DNA of 64,000 bases from Lachnospiraceae bacterium (GTDB lineage Bacteria; Bacillota; Clostridia; Lachnospirales; Lachnospiraceae). How positions within the stretch are numbered: the stretch's first letter is position 1; each line of letters starts with the position of its first letter. The translations under genes were made by a program, and so were the position numbers. The stretch is from contig JBJELP010000267.1 in the NCBI GenBank assembly GCA_051879215.1, positions 5,028-69,027 of the forward strand, read 5' to 3'. The notes under the pieces are model-generated. The model was not told where the DNA came from. It saw nothing but the letters and a program-made list of their open reading frames with translations, and searched no databases. Shown here piece by piece: positions 40,110 to 47,380 of the stretch.

Positions 40110-41480
40110 TTATTTTTGCAATTCTTTTCCGTGAACGGAACACTGTTGTCTGCGAAAAAGTCTGCGAAAAGCCAGATGGTTCAAAAATGTGCAAATCCCC
40201 CAGCAAATCGGATAGGACAGGTAGATGGATTCAACCGTTCCTTTCCAGGCTGCATAGGTAAAAATCCATGTAAGACGGAAAACAACCGAGCACAGAATCG
40301 AAATAAACAGCGGTGTTTTCGCATCACCTAAGCCACGCTCGCAGCCGCTTATCACATTCATGGTTCCGCACAGACCAAAAAACAGGCACATATAGAACAT
40401 TCTGACCTGTGCGTTTTCAACTATGGCTGAATCTGTGGTAAATAGCCATACCAGTTTTGATGAAAAAGCAAACAGCAGAATGCCTGCAAGCTCCGCCGCT
40501 GCAAAAACAGTTATCAACGTGGTTCGATAGACTGTCCGGACGCGATCCATTTTTCCGGCACCGTAATTCTGGGAAATAAAGACGGTACTTGCACTGGCAA
40601 AGCCTGTAAATGTGATGACCATGAGTCCCTCAATTGAAGTTGCAACCGTGTTTCCGGCAATCACGGTATTGTCAAACCGATTGATGACCGAAGCAATAAT
40701 GACACCGGAAAGATTCAGAATAATGCTCTCCAGCGAAGCGGGGATGCCAACAGCAAATACCTGTTTCATACCACGAAAAACGGTCAGCTTTCGAAGATTC
40801 AGCTTCAGTTCATTTTCCTGTTTTCCCAGATAAAATGTCATGGCAGCTGCCAGCAGAAACTGCGATATTACCGTTGCAGCCGCAACGCCCGCCACATTCC
40901 AATCCAGGACAATGACAAAAAACAGGTTCAGGGCAATATTGATACAGGATGCGGCAGCCTGAAAGAAGAAAGGAGTATACGAGTTTCCCTTTGCCTGAAG
41001 AGCCGATGAAAGGAAACCGGTCAGCATGGTCAAAGGAACACCAAGAAAATAGATTCGGAAATACAGCAGCGCATCCGGTAAAATATCATCCGGACAATTC
41101 AGCAGATGCAGAATCCGTTTTGAGCATACGATTGCTGCAAAGCTGAGTGCCGCACCGAGAACCAGTGCTGTGACCGGAAGGCTGTGCAGCAGTTCGCTGA
41201 CCTTTTCGCGTTGATTCTCACCGAAATATTTTCCAAAAACAACTGTCACGCCGACAGCAAGTGCAGTGAATCCGCCCACAAGAAAGTTCAGAACGGCTGC
41301 GGAAACACCTATGGCAGAGATTGCATTCTCATGCCCGAATCGTCCGATCACAATTGTATCTGCACAGGAAAACAGCATGGTCAGCAGTGACGAAACGGAT
41401 ATCGGTAAAGCAAACATCAGCATTCCCTTCAGTATGCTGCTTTCCAGGGGGTTCACTTCAGATTTAAACCTCATTGACAA
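40110..41480 (-). CDS. MATE-family efflux transporter
   Basis: 456 aa with about 12 TM helices and a MatE-type N-terminus (ILKGMLMFALPISVSSLLTMLFSCADTIVIGRFG). Confidence 0.85.
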   Translation of the reverse strand: MSMRFKSEVNPLESSILKGMLMFALPISVSSLLTMLFSCADTIVIGRFGHENAISAIGVSAAVLNFLVGGFTALAVGVTVVFGKYFGENQREKVSELLHSLPVTALVLGAALSFAAIVCSKRILHLLNCPDDILPDALLYFRIYFLGVPLTMLTGFLSSALQAKGNSYTPFFFQAAASCINIALNLFFVIVLDWNVAGVAAATVISQFLLAAAMTFYLGKQENELKLNLRKLTVFRGMKQVFAVGIPASLESIILNLSGVIIASVINRFDNTVIAGNTVATSIEGLMVITFTGFASASTVFISQNYGAGKMDRVRTVYRTTLITVFAAAELAGILLFAFSSKLVWLFTTDSAIVENAQVRMFYMCLFFGLCGTMNVISGCERGLGDAKTPLFISILCSVVFRLTWIFTYAAWKGTVESIYLSYPICWGICTFLNHLAFRRLFRRQQCSVHGKELQK

Positions 41481-41607
41481 GTCTCCCTTCTTATCATAGA
41501 CTATGAGCCAAGGGACAAAAGGGCATGTATTTCATAAATCCTTTTGACCTCAGATCATAGGTTCCATCATAAAGTATAACGTTAGGAAACAGTCAAGAGG
41601 CAATTGT

Positions 41608-42333
41608 ATGAATACTGGAGAATTTGCAAAATATTGCGGTACAGAAAAGCGCACCTTATTTTACTATGACCAGATGGGGCTTCTGAAGCCCATGGCAATT
41701 CACGAAAACGGCTACCGGGAATATGCCCCAGGCCAGATTGAAACCATGGATATGATCAAGATCCTGCAGGCAGCAGGATTTACCCTGAAGCAGATCCGGG
41801 AGATCATCACAGGAGGAGCAGAAATTCGCCGCACCTCATTCTTTAAGGCAGTAGATTCTATTGACGACAAGATTCATGAACTGGAAAAAATGAAAGCATA
41901 TATTGAGAGGAAGGAAAAACTCTGGAAGGAGTACTGTGATTTTCGGGATAGCGGCATTCCGTATCGGTATCAATACTGTCGCCTGACCTACTTTGAAAAA
42001 GCCATATCTTCCGACGACCATTTCTTTGGCTTTATCCAGGATGGCGATTATGACTTGTTCTCCGTTGATACAATGCATCAGCTTTCGGTGATGAAAGAGG
42101 ATGAAAAGGGGGTTTGTAAAGAAGGGAAAGCAATCTGCTTTTTTCTGGAAATGCCTTCCGAATCAGGTGATCCTGTTGCAGTTACTCAGGATAAATTACA
42201 GGAATTCGGATTTCGCGGAGAAAATCGTTACTATATGCGTTCCATCCCGCATCTGCTCATAGAGCAGAGCGGGACAGCTATTATCAAGGTTACTGTTTTT
42301 GGTGAATTTCCGTCAGATCAGATCCATCCATAA
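41608..42333 (+). CDS. MerR-family transcriptional regulator with a C-terminal effector-binding domain
   Basis: HTH MNTGEFAKYCGTEKRTLFYYDQMGLLKP. Divergent from the MATE pump, a BmrR-like arrangement. Confidence 0.8.
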   Translation: MNTGEFAKYCGTEKRTLFYYDQMGLLKPMAIHENGYREYAPGQIETMDMIKILQAAGFTLKQIREIITGGAEIRRTSFFKAVDSIDDKIHELEKMKAYIERKEKLWKEYCDFRDSGIPYRYQYCRLTYFEKAISSDDHFFGFIQDGDYDLFSVDTMHQLSVMKEDEKGVCKEGKAICFFLEMPSESGDPVAVTQDKLQEFGFRGENRYYMRSIPHLLIEQSGTAIIKVTVFGEFPSDQIHP

Positions 42334-43094
42334 TGCTTACATGCATTATAGATTCCGTCATCATCTGCAGCCGTCGTTATATAAGATGCCTTCGCCTTCA
42401 GTTCATCCACAGCATTGCCCATAGCAATGCTTGTCCACTGATCCGTAAACATACTGAGGTCATTTCTTCCATCTCCGAATACAACCACATCTTTGATGCT
42501 GCCGCCCATCATTTCCACCATGCGGATGATTCCTTCTGCCTTATCGGTTGGCTCCACAAAAAAGTATTCTTCATCGTACCGGCACCAGGGCAATTCCTTC
42601 AATGTTTCCAGACTGTATTCCACCGGCTCTTTGCAGGCAACATAAACCTTATAGATTGCATTATATTTTCTGGGATTCAGACCTTCTTCCACAATGGTTT
42701 CCATAAAAGCGTCATTCTTTGTCAATTCTAAAAAACGATCATCAGGAGAAAAGCGTTTTCTCTCATTTTCCGGGGATATCGACCAGGGAATTCCTTTCTC
42801 CGTGCATTCATCAATCAGAGCAATGCATTTATCAAAATCCAGAGGGCGGATTTCCAGCAGTTTATCATCTGCGGTCAGACCATGCCCTCCATCAGATACC
42901 ATATTGTGAAAACCAAGGTCCTTCATGACCTGTTCCGCCATGGCATGTCCTCTTCCTGTTGCTATGGAAAGAAAATGCCCTTTTTCTTCCAGCATCTGTA
43001 ATGTCTGCATTGTAGACTCAGGCACATACTGAACTCCCATTTTGCCGGCAAGAAGTGTTCCATCAATATCAAAAAAGAAATATTTTCTGCTCAT
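42318..43094 (-). CDS. Cof-type HAD-IIB phosphatase
   Basis: Motif I FFFDIDGTLL and motif IV FGDGRNDLSMF. Confidence 0.85.
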   Translation of the reverse strand: MSRKYFFFDIDGTLLAGKMGVQYVPESTMQTLQMLEEKGHFLSIATGRGHAMAEQVMKDLGFHNMVSDGGHGLTADDKLLEIRPLDFDKCIALIDECTEKGIPWSISPENERKRFSPDDRFLELTKNDAFMETIVEEGLNPRKYNAIYKVYVACKEPVEYSLETLKELPWCRYDEEYFFVEPTDKAEGIIRMVEMMGGSIKDVVVFGDGRNDLSMFTDQWTSIAMGNAVDELKAKASYITTAADDDGIYNACKHYGWI

Positions 43095-43140
43095 TATCAC
43101 ATGTCCTTATCGTTTTGTATACACCGATTTCTTCATCATT

Positions 43141-43860
43141 CTATTCACACCGACTCTTTTGTCTCAGCTTCTCCATCTGCTCGTCAATGATACGGAAATG
43201 TTTATCCATGGCTTTTATTCCGGCGTCCATATTTTTACTGAGCAGACTTTCATAAATATCCCAGTGGGCTTTCCGCAGCTGTTCTGCTTTGATCCGGCTT
43301 ACCAGAATCCGGCCGCGCATATTTTCAATAAACCGGTCAAGCAGCTTGTCCAGCATAGAATAATATAAAATCAGAAGGCGGTTATGAGATGCTTTCACCA
43401 GCGTATGATGAAAATTGTTATCCAGAACGGCACTTTCCTTTGTGCTCATGGGCTGATCCATCTGTACCAGAATCTGATGAATCGACTCGATCTCTTCTTC
43501 TGTCGCATTGTTCATGGCCAGCTTCAATGCCATCTGCTCATAACCGGTGCGGATTTCCAGTATTTCCGTATAATCAATCTCCATCAATGCCATTACCATA
43601 TTGACCGATTTCAGCATATACTCTTCCGGATCGCATCGTACATAATTCCCGCTGCCCTGCAGACACTCAATCAGACCCGTCATCTCCAGCATATGCATCA
43701 CTTCCCGCACGGAATTGCGGCTGACCCCCAGCTTTTCTGCAATATCACGCTCCGTATCAATCTTATCATTCAATTTCAATTCCCCGGACAGGATCTTTTC
43801 TGAAAAATAATTAAAGATATATTCATACGTCTTCTGTCCATTTAATTTCATATTATCCAT
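43141..43860 (-). CDS. GntR-family (FadR/FCD subfamily) transcriptional regulator
   Basis: wHTH (ERDIAEKLGVSRNSVREVMHMLEMTGLI) plus an all-helical FCD domain. Start chosen at ATG 43860 (AGAAGG 6 nt upstream); the start is uncertain. Confidence 0.8.
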   Translation of the reverse strand: MDNMKLNGQKTYEYIFNYFSEKILSGELKLNDKIDTERDIAEKLGVSRNSVREVMHMLEMTGLIECLQGSGNYVRCDPEEYMLKSVNMVMALMEIDYTEILEIRTGYEQMALKLAMNNATEEEIESIHQILVQMDQPMSTKESAVLDNNFHHTLVKASHNRLLILYYSMLDKLLDRFIENMRGRILVSRIKAEQLRKAHWDIYESLLSKNMDAGIKAMDKHFRIIDEQMEKLRQKSRCE

Positions 43861-44137
43861 GGCGGACCTTCTTTCTCTGCCGGTAAATCCCTTCTCCGTT
43901 TTCATAGAGATCTGGCGCCGGATTCAGTTTGCAAAGCAAATTTTCCTATGTTCCCCAATATGATTTTTTGTTGGTTAGTATACCCTTATTTGTTTCCATA
44001 AGCAAGAAGTTTTCTGCCAAAAAGCCATATCTCTTTTTAATGACACTACTATTATGCACTTGTTCTGTTTCCGCAGTTTGGATATAATAAAACAAACAAA
44101 GTATGATCAGAAAACAAATTGAAAGGCGGTATCCCGT

Positions 44138-44719
44138 ATGTCTATCCGGAACATCCTTGAAAACCTGATAAATGATTACCCCATCTGCGAATACTGCTTC
44201 GGTACAACCGATCAGATTCCCTTTTCCGAGAAAGTCCGCTATATCTGCGAAAATGAATGCTCCCGCTGCAATCACTGCTGGGCCTGTCCGCCTTATGTGG
44301 GAAGTGTCCACGACAATATGAAAAAATGCCTGCAGTATCAACATTTTTTCCTTTTTTCCACAGTAAATCCGGTGACCGATGCGTGGAATACGGAAGAATG
44401 TCTCATGGCCAAAAAAGATCATGAAGCCGTTACCCGGAACATCCGAAAACAATTATGTGAAGAAACCGGACTTCCCATGGCCGCACCGGAGGATGCAAAT
44501 CCAGAAGAAAAAACTTCTCCTTTTCTGGTTCTCTCCACAGGCTGTGCCATCTGCGATGTCTGTGCCTGCCCCGATGAGCCCTGCCGCCATCCGGAAGAAC
44601 GGCTGAATTCCATGGAAAGCCATGGGATAGTCATCTTCTCTCTGGCAGAAGCCATGGAAATGTGTTACAACTACGGAAACGATTCCGCCACCTATTTCAG
44701 CATGGTGCTGTACAATTGA
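44138..44719 (+). CDS. DUF2284-type predicted metal-binding (Cys-rich) protein
   Basis: CEYC...CENECSRCNHCWACPP...CAICDVCACPDEPCRHP cysteine clusters. Confidence 0.7.
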   Translation: MSIRNILENLINDYPICEYCFGTTDQIPFSEKVRYICENECSRCNHCWACPPYVGSVHDNMKKCLQYQHFFLFSTVNPVTDAWNTEECLMAKKDHEAVTRNIRKQLCEETGLPMAAPEDANPEEKTSPFLVLSTGCAICDVCACPDEPCRHPEERLNSMESHGIVIFSLAEAMEMCYNYGNDSATYFSMVLYN

Positions 44720-44820
44720 CCTTTTCATCCAGCTCCCGTTTCAGTCCTTCTATCTCCTTCCGGGACACGCTCTCGCTCAGGTCCAAACGTAGCGGTTCTA
44801 AGCTCTCGTTCTTCCTTTCA

Positions 44821-44892
44821 GGAAGTCCGATCGCTAAGAGCCGACGTTTGCAATGGTCCCTTAAAGGAGATTTTCGGACTTCCACTGGGATG
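44821..44892 (+). repeat. Left ~72-bp terminal inverted repeat (IR-L) of the TIR cassette
   Basis: ggaagtccgatcgctaagagccgacgtttgcaatggtcccttaaaggagattttcggacttccactgggatg matches the reverse complement of 47300-47372 at about 63 of 73 aligned positions (hand alignment, one 1-nt gap). Confidence 0.85.
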
Positions 44893-44922
44893 ATATAAAT
44901 ACAAAAACAGAAGGATAATACT

Positions 44923-47139
44923 ATGTGGAACAAATATACATCTATCAAAGATCAAGAAGTCGAATTAATAAAAGAAAAGCTAATCAAGGATGGAAAAATA
45001 GCATCAGAATACTTTACTATTGATAACAATTTGTGTAAAAACTCAGGAGCAACACATTATCCCATTGTACTGATTATCGATAGTATAGAAACAAAGTCAT
45101 TTGATAATGCTATTGAAGTGATTTCCGAGATTATTAAGTGTAAAGATATTCTTTCTGATTCAATAGATATTGCTGTTGTTGAATATAGTAGTACTGTAAC
45201 AATTAATAGAGTTTTTTCGTATATAGAAGAAAATTTTATTTTTTCTCCATCCGACTATCAGCAAGATGCATTACCGAATTTGGGACCAGCTTTGTTTTTA
45301 TCATGGTATATTTCGGAATTGCGCATTCTTCAATATACAGAAGCGGGCATAGATTATAAACAACCCGTATTTATTTTGATAAGTTCATTTATTAACAAGT
45401 GTGATACTCAAATCGAAGGAAAATCATTATTTTCTAATGAAGACTCATGGATGATATCTCTATATAACCAGAAACAGGCAGCCCATAAATTGGGATTGAT
45501 AAAAGTTCCAATTTATGAAGAGAATACAGAGTATTATATCATGCTGAACGGTACAAGATATGATAAAAAAAGTATTCGTGAGACACTGCAAAGATTATTT
45601 GCCATACTAATAAAACCAATTGCTGCTTCAGATGTTCCAGAGAGAGAGGGGGATTTGAGCGTCAAACATTCTTTTCTGGAATATAATGATGGTTCTGAAA
45701 AAAGAGTTGAAACAAGTAAAAATGACCACACTATTCGGTTGCCCCAAAAAGGCTCAAGGTCTAAAATTTATGAAAAACTTGAAAGACAAAAACTACGAGA
45801 GGCACTTTTACGAGGAGATGGGACAGCTTCAATTACGCAAGATAATCCTATTGAATCTCCAAAATATATCGATGCAGCTGAGGAACGCCAAAGACTACGA
45901 AAAGCGCTTCTGCATGAAGGTCAGTATGAAGATTCAACAAATATTTTAAGGAATAGATATATCATATTAGATGATGATGGTTCATCTTCAAAAAATAGTA
46001 ACAATGTATCGTGTATACAAGTACCAAACGCTAAATTAGCTGGAGGGGCTGATCATGTTCGGTGTAAAAAATGTGGGAACATTTATTGGAAAGATTATAA
46101 TTTTTGTCCAGAATGTGGAACGAAACAATTTTGTCAAAATGAGTCTGGTTTCATACTATCAAGAGTAAATTTTTCAGCAACCGCTCCTAAAAAACTCTCG
46201 TGCAAAGTGTTCAATATCATTCATCTTATTGTATATGAAGATGAGTATCGTTCAGTTGTAAATAATATTATTCAGGATAAAGAAATACCACAGAGAGAAA
46301 TACCAGGTGGTACGACAAGGATTGCAGATGAATCAATTGTGAAAATCGTATTGAAGTCGGCAGACTTCGAAATCTATTATGAAGAAGAACGTACTTGGAA
46401 AGGACGATATATTGATTTTTCAATACCTGTAAAATTACCGGCAAAATTTGATAAGAAACAGGTTGCTTTCCAGACACTTATTTATGTTAATGATATCATA
46501 GCAACTCGCTTATCGTTTGTTGTGAAATGTGAAGCATTTAGAAGTCAGAAAATATCCATTTCTCGAGAGGATATTTTCTCTGCGTTCATTTCATATGCCA
46601 GTCAAGACCGAAGTAAGGCTGCTATGGTAATCCAGGGAATTCGTAAAGCACGACCTGATATGGATATTTTCTTTGATGTAGAAAGTCTTCGAAGCGGAGA
46701 AAACTGGGAGAATACTATTCATGAAGAAATAGGTCAAAGAGATATATTATATTTGTTTTGGTCAAATTATGCAAAGCAGTCGAAATGGGTAAATACAGAA
46801 TGGCGATATGCATACAGTATCAACGGGGAAGACGGTATAGAACCGATACCTCTTGAACCGGCATGGGAATGTCCGCCACCTGAAGAGTTAAAGAATAAGC
46901 ATTTTAATGATAATTTGCTCTACCTGATTAATCAGAATACTTCTAAAGATAAAAAAATTCGACCAGAAGGTATCATTAAGTCACAAAAAGAGGTTAACAT
47001 AGATAAGGAGTATTTGATTGCAAAGATAGCGGAATTAAAAGAACTACTTGAAATCGGTCTTTATTCTGAAAACGAGTATGAAAATGATCGTAAAGCTCTT
47101 TTAGAGGCCTATAGAAAAAATCAGAAATTTTTAAAATAG
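44923..47139 (+). CDS. 738-aa multidomain protein: TerY-like vWA (degenerate MIDAS), duplicated helical motif, zinc ribbon, beta-rich domain, TIR, SHOCT
   Basis: vWA-like aa ~45-215 (YPIVLIIDSIET...IAVVEYSSTV...LPNLGPAL...KQPVFILISS). CxxC-x13-CxxC at aa 381-398. TIR at aa ~549-645 (FISYASQD...DIFFD...ILYLFWSNYAKQSKWVNTEWRYA). SHOCT-like tail at aa ~696-733 (IAKIAELKELLEIGLYSENEYENDRKALL). RBS GAAGGA 7 nt upstream of the ATG. Confidence 0.8.
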   Translation: MWNKYTSIKDQEVELIKEKLIKDGKIASEYFTIDNNLCKNSGATHYPIVLIIDSIETKSFDNAIEVISEIIKCKDILSDSIDIAVVEYSSTVTINRVFSYIEENFIFSPSDYQQDALPNLGPALFLSWYISELRILQYTEAGIDYKQPVFILISSFINKCDTQIEGKSLFSNEDSWMISLYNQKQAAHKLGLIKVPIYEENTEYYIMLNGTRYDKKSIRETLQRLFAILIKPIAASDVPEREGDLSVKHSFLEYNDGSEKRVETSKNDHTIRLPQKGSRSKIYEKLERQKLREALLRGDGTASITQDNPIESPKYIDAAEERQRLRKALLHEGQYEDSTNILRNRYIILDDDGSSSKNSNNVSCIQVPNAKLAGGADHVRCKKCGNIYWKDYNFCPECGTKQFCQNESGFILSRVNFSATAPKKLSCKVFNIIHLIVYEDEYRSVVNNIIQDKEIPQREIPGGTTRIADESIVKIVLKSADFEIYYEEERTWKGRYIDFSIPVKLPAKFDKKQVAFQTLIYVNDIIATRLSFVVKCEAFRSQKISISREDIFSAFISYASQDRSKAAMVIQGIRKARPDMDIFFDVESLRSGENWENTIHEEIGQRDILYLFWSNYAKQSKWVNTEWRYAYSINGEDGIEPIPLEPAWECPPPEELKNKHFNDNLLYLINQNTSKDKKIRPEGIIKSQKEVNIDKEYLIAKIAELKELLEIGLYSENEYENDRKALLEAYRKNQKFLK

Positions 47140-47203
47140 ACGAGAGACTGCAAACATTATTTTTGCCAGCCTAAAAAAACTTATGTTTAAATAACATAAA
47201 GAT

Positions 47204-47272
47204 ATGCTCCCTCTTAAGTAAACAAGTTTTTTATTTCACTTGTCTTGCCTGAAAGGGAGCATCTCAATTTTC
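47204..47272 (+). terminator. Candidate terminator / nested hairpin downstream of the TIR gene
   Basis: 9-bp stem ATGCTCCCT/AGGGAGCAT (47204-47212 / 47254-47262) enclosing an inner 6-bp hairpin ACAAGT/ACTTGT, followed by CTCAATTTTC. Confidence 0.4.
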
Positions 47273-47299
47273 ACAGCCCGGATGCCTTTTTCTTTTTAC

Positions 47300-47372
47300 C
47301 ATTCCAGTGAAAGCCCAATAAATCTCCTTCAAGGGACCATTTCAAACGCCGGTTCTTAGCGATCGGACTTTC
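47300..47372 (-). repeat. Right ~73-bp terminal inverted repeat (IR-R) of the TIR cassette
   Basis: Its reverse complement gaaagtccgatcgctaagaaccggcgtttgaaatggtcccttgaaggagatttattgggctttcactggaatg aligns with IR-L. Confidence 0.85.
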
Positions 47373-47380
47373 ACATATGA

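Larger units (their letters stand above)
44821..47372 (+). mobile_element. IR-bounded, low-G+C, transposase-less single-gene cassette (possible non-autonomous mobile element or insertion scar)
   Basis: Inverted repeats at both ends. Spot G+C counts are 27-35% inside versus 42-45% in flanking genes. Codon usage shifts to TTA/AAA/ATT-rich. The cassette sits between convergent host genes. Confidence 0.35.

Noticed and set aside
41481-41607. MerR-type operator or long-spacer promoter in the MATE/MerR divergent intergenic region (TTGACC ... partial dyad GACCT-n8-AGGTT).
   Set aside because: The dyad is imperfect, and I could not define a convincing 19-20-nt-spacer promoter facing the MATE gene. 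The arrangement is plausible but unsupported.
43946-44452. 168-aa minus-strand ORF overlapping the DUF2284 gene and its promoter region.
   Set aside because: It is antisense to a Cys-cluster protein with clear family features, has no RBS and has hydrophobic junk-like composition.
44697-44948. 83-aa minus-strand ORF running through IR-L and ending inside DUF2284. Its tail (LDLSESVSRKEIEGLKRELDEKV) looks vaguely like a coiled-coil gene remnant.
   Set aside because: It has no RBS, and it overlaps both the DUF2284 3' end and the TIR gene start. The equivalent frame in IR-R is interrupted by stop codons, so the repeat is not conserved as coding sequence. A degraded gene fragment cannot be fully excluded.
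44923-47139. Possibility that the TIR gene is a ThsB subunit of a canonical Thoeris system, or part of CBASS, Pycsar or an Avs-type system.
   Set aside because: No SIR2/SLOG/Macro ThsA-like gene, cyclase, SAVED/STING gene or STAND NTPase is adjacent. Both neighbours are host-like metabolic genes on the other side of the inverted repeats. The gene is therefore treated as a stand-alone architecture, pending a proper search.
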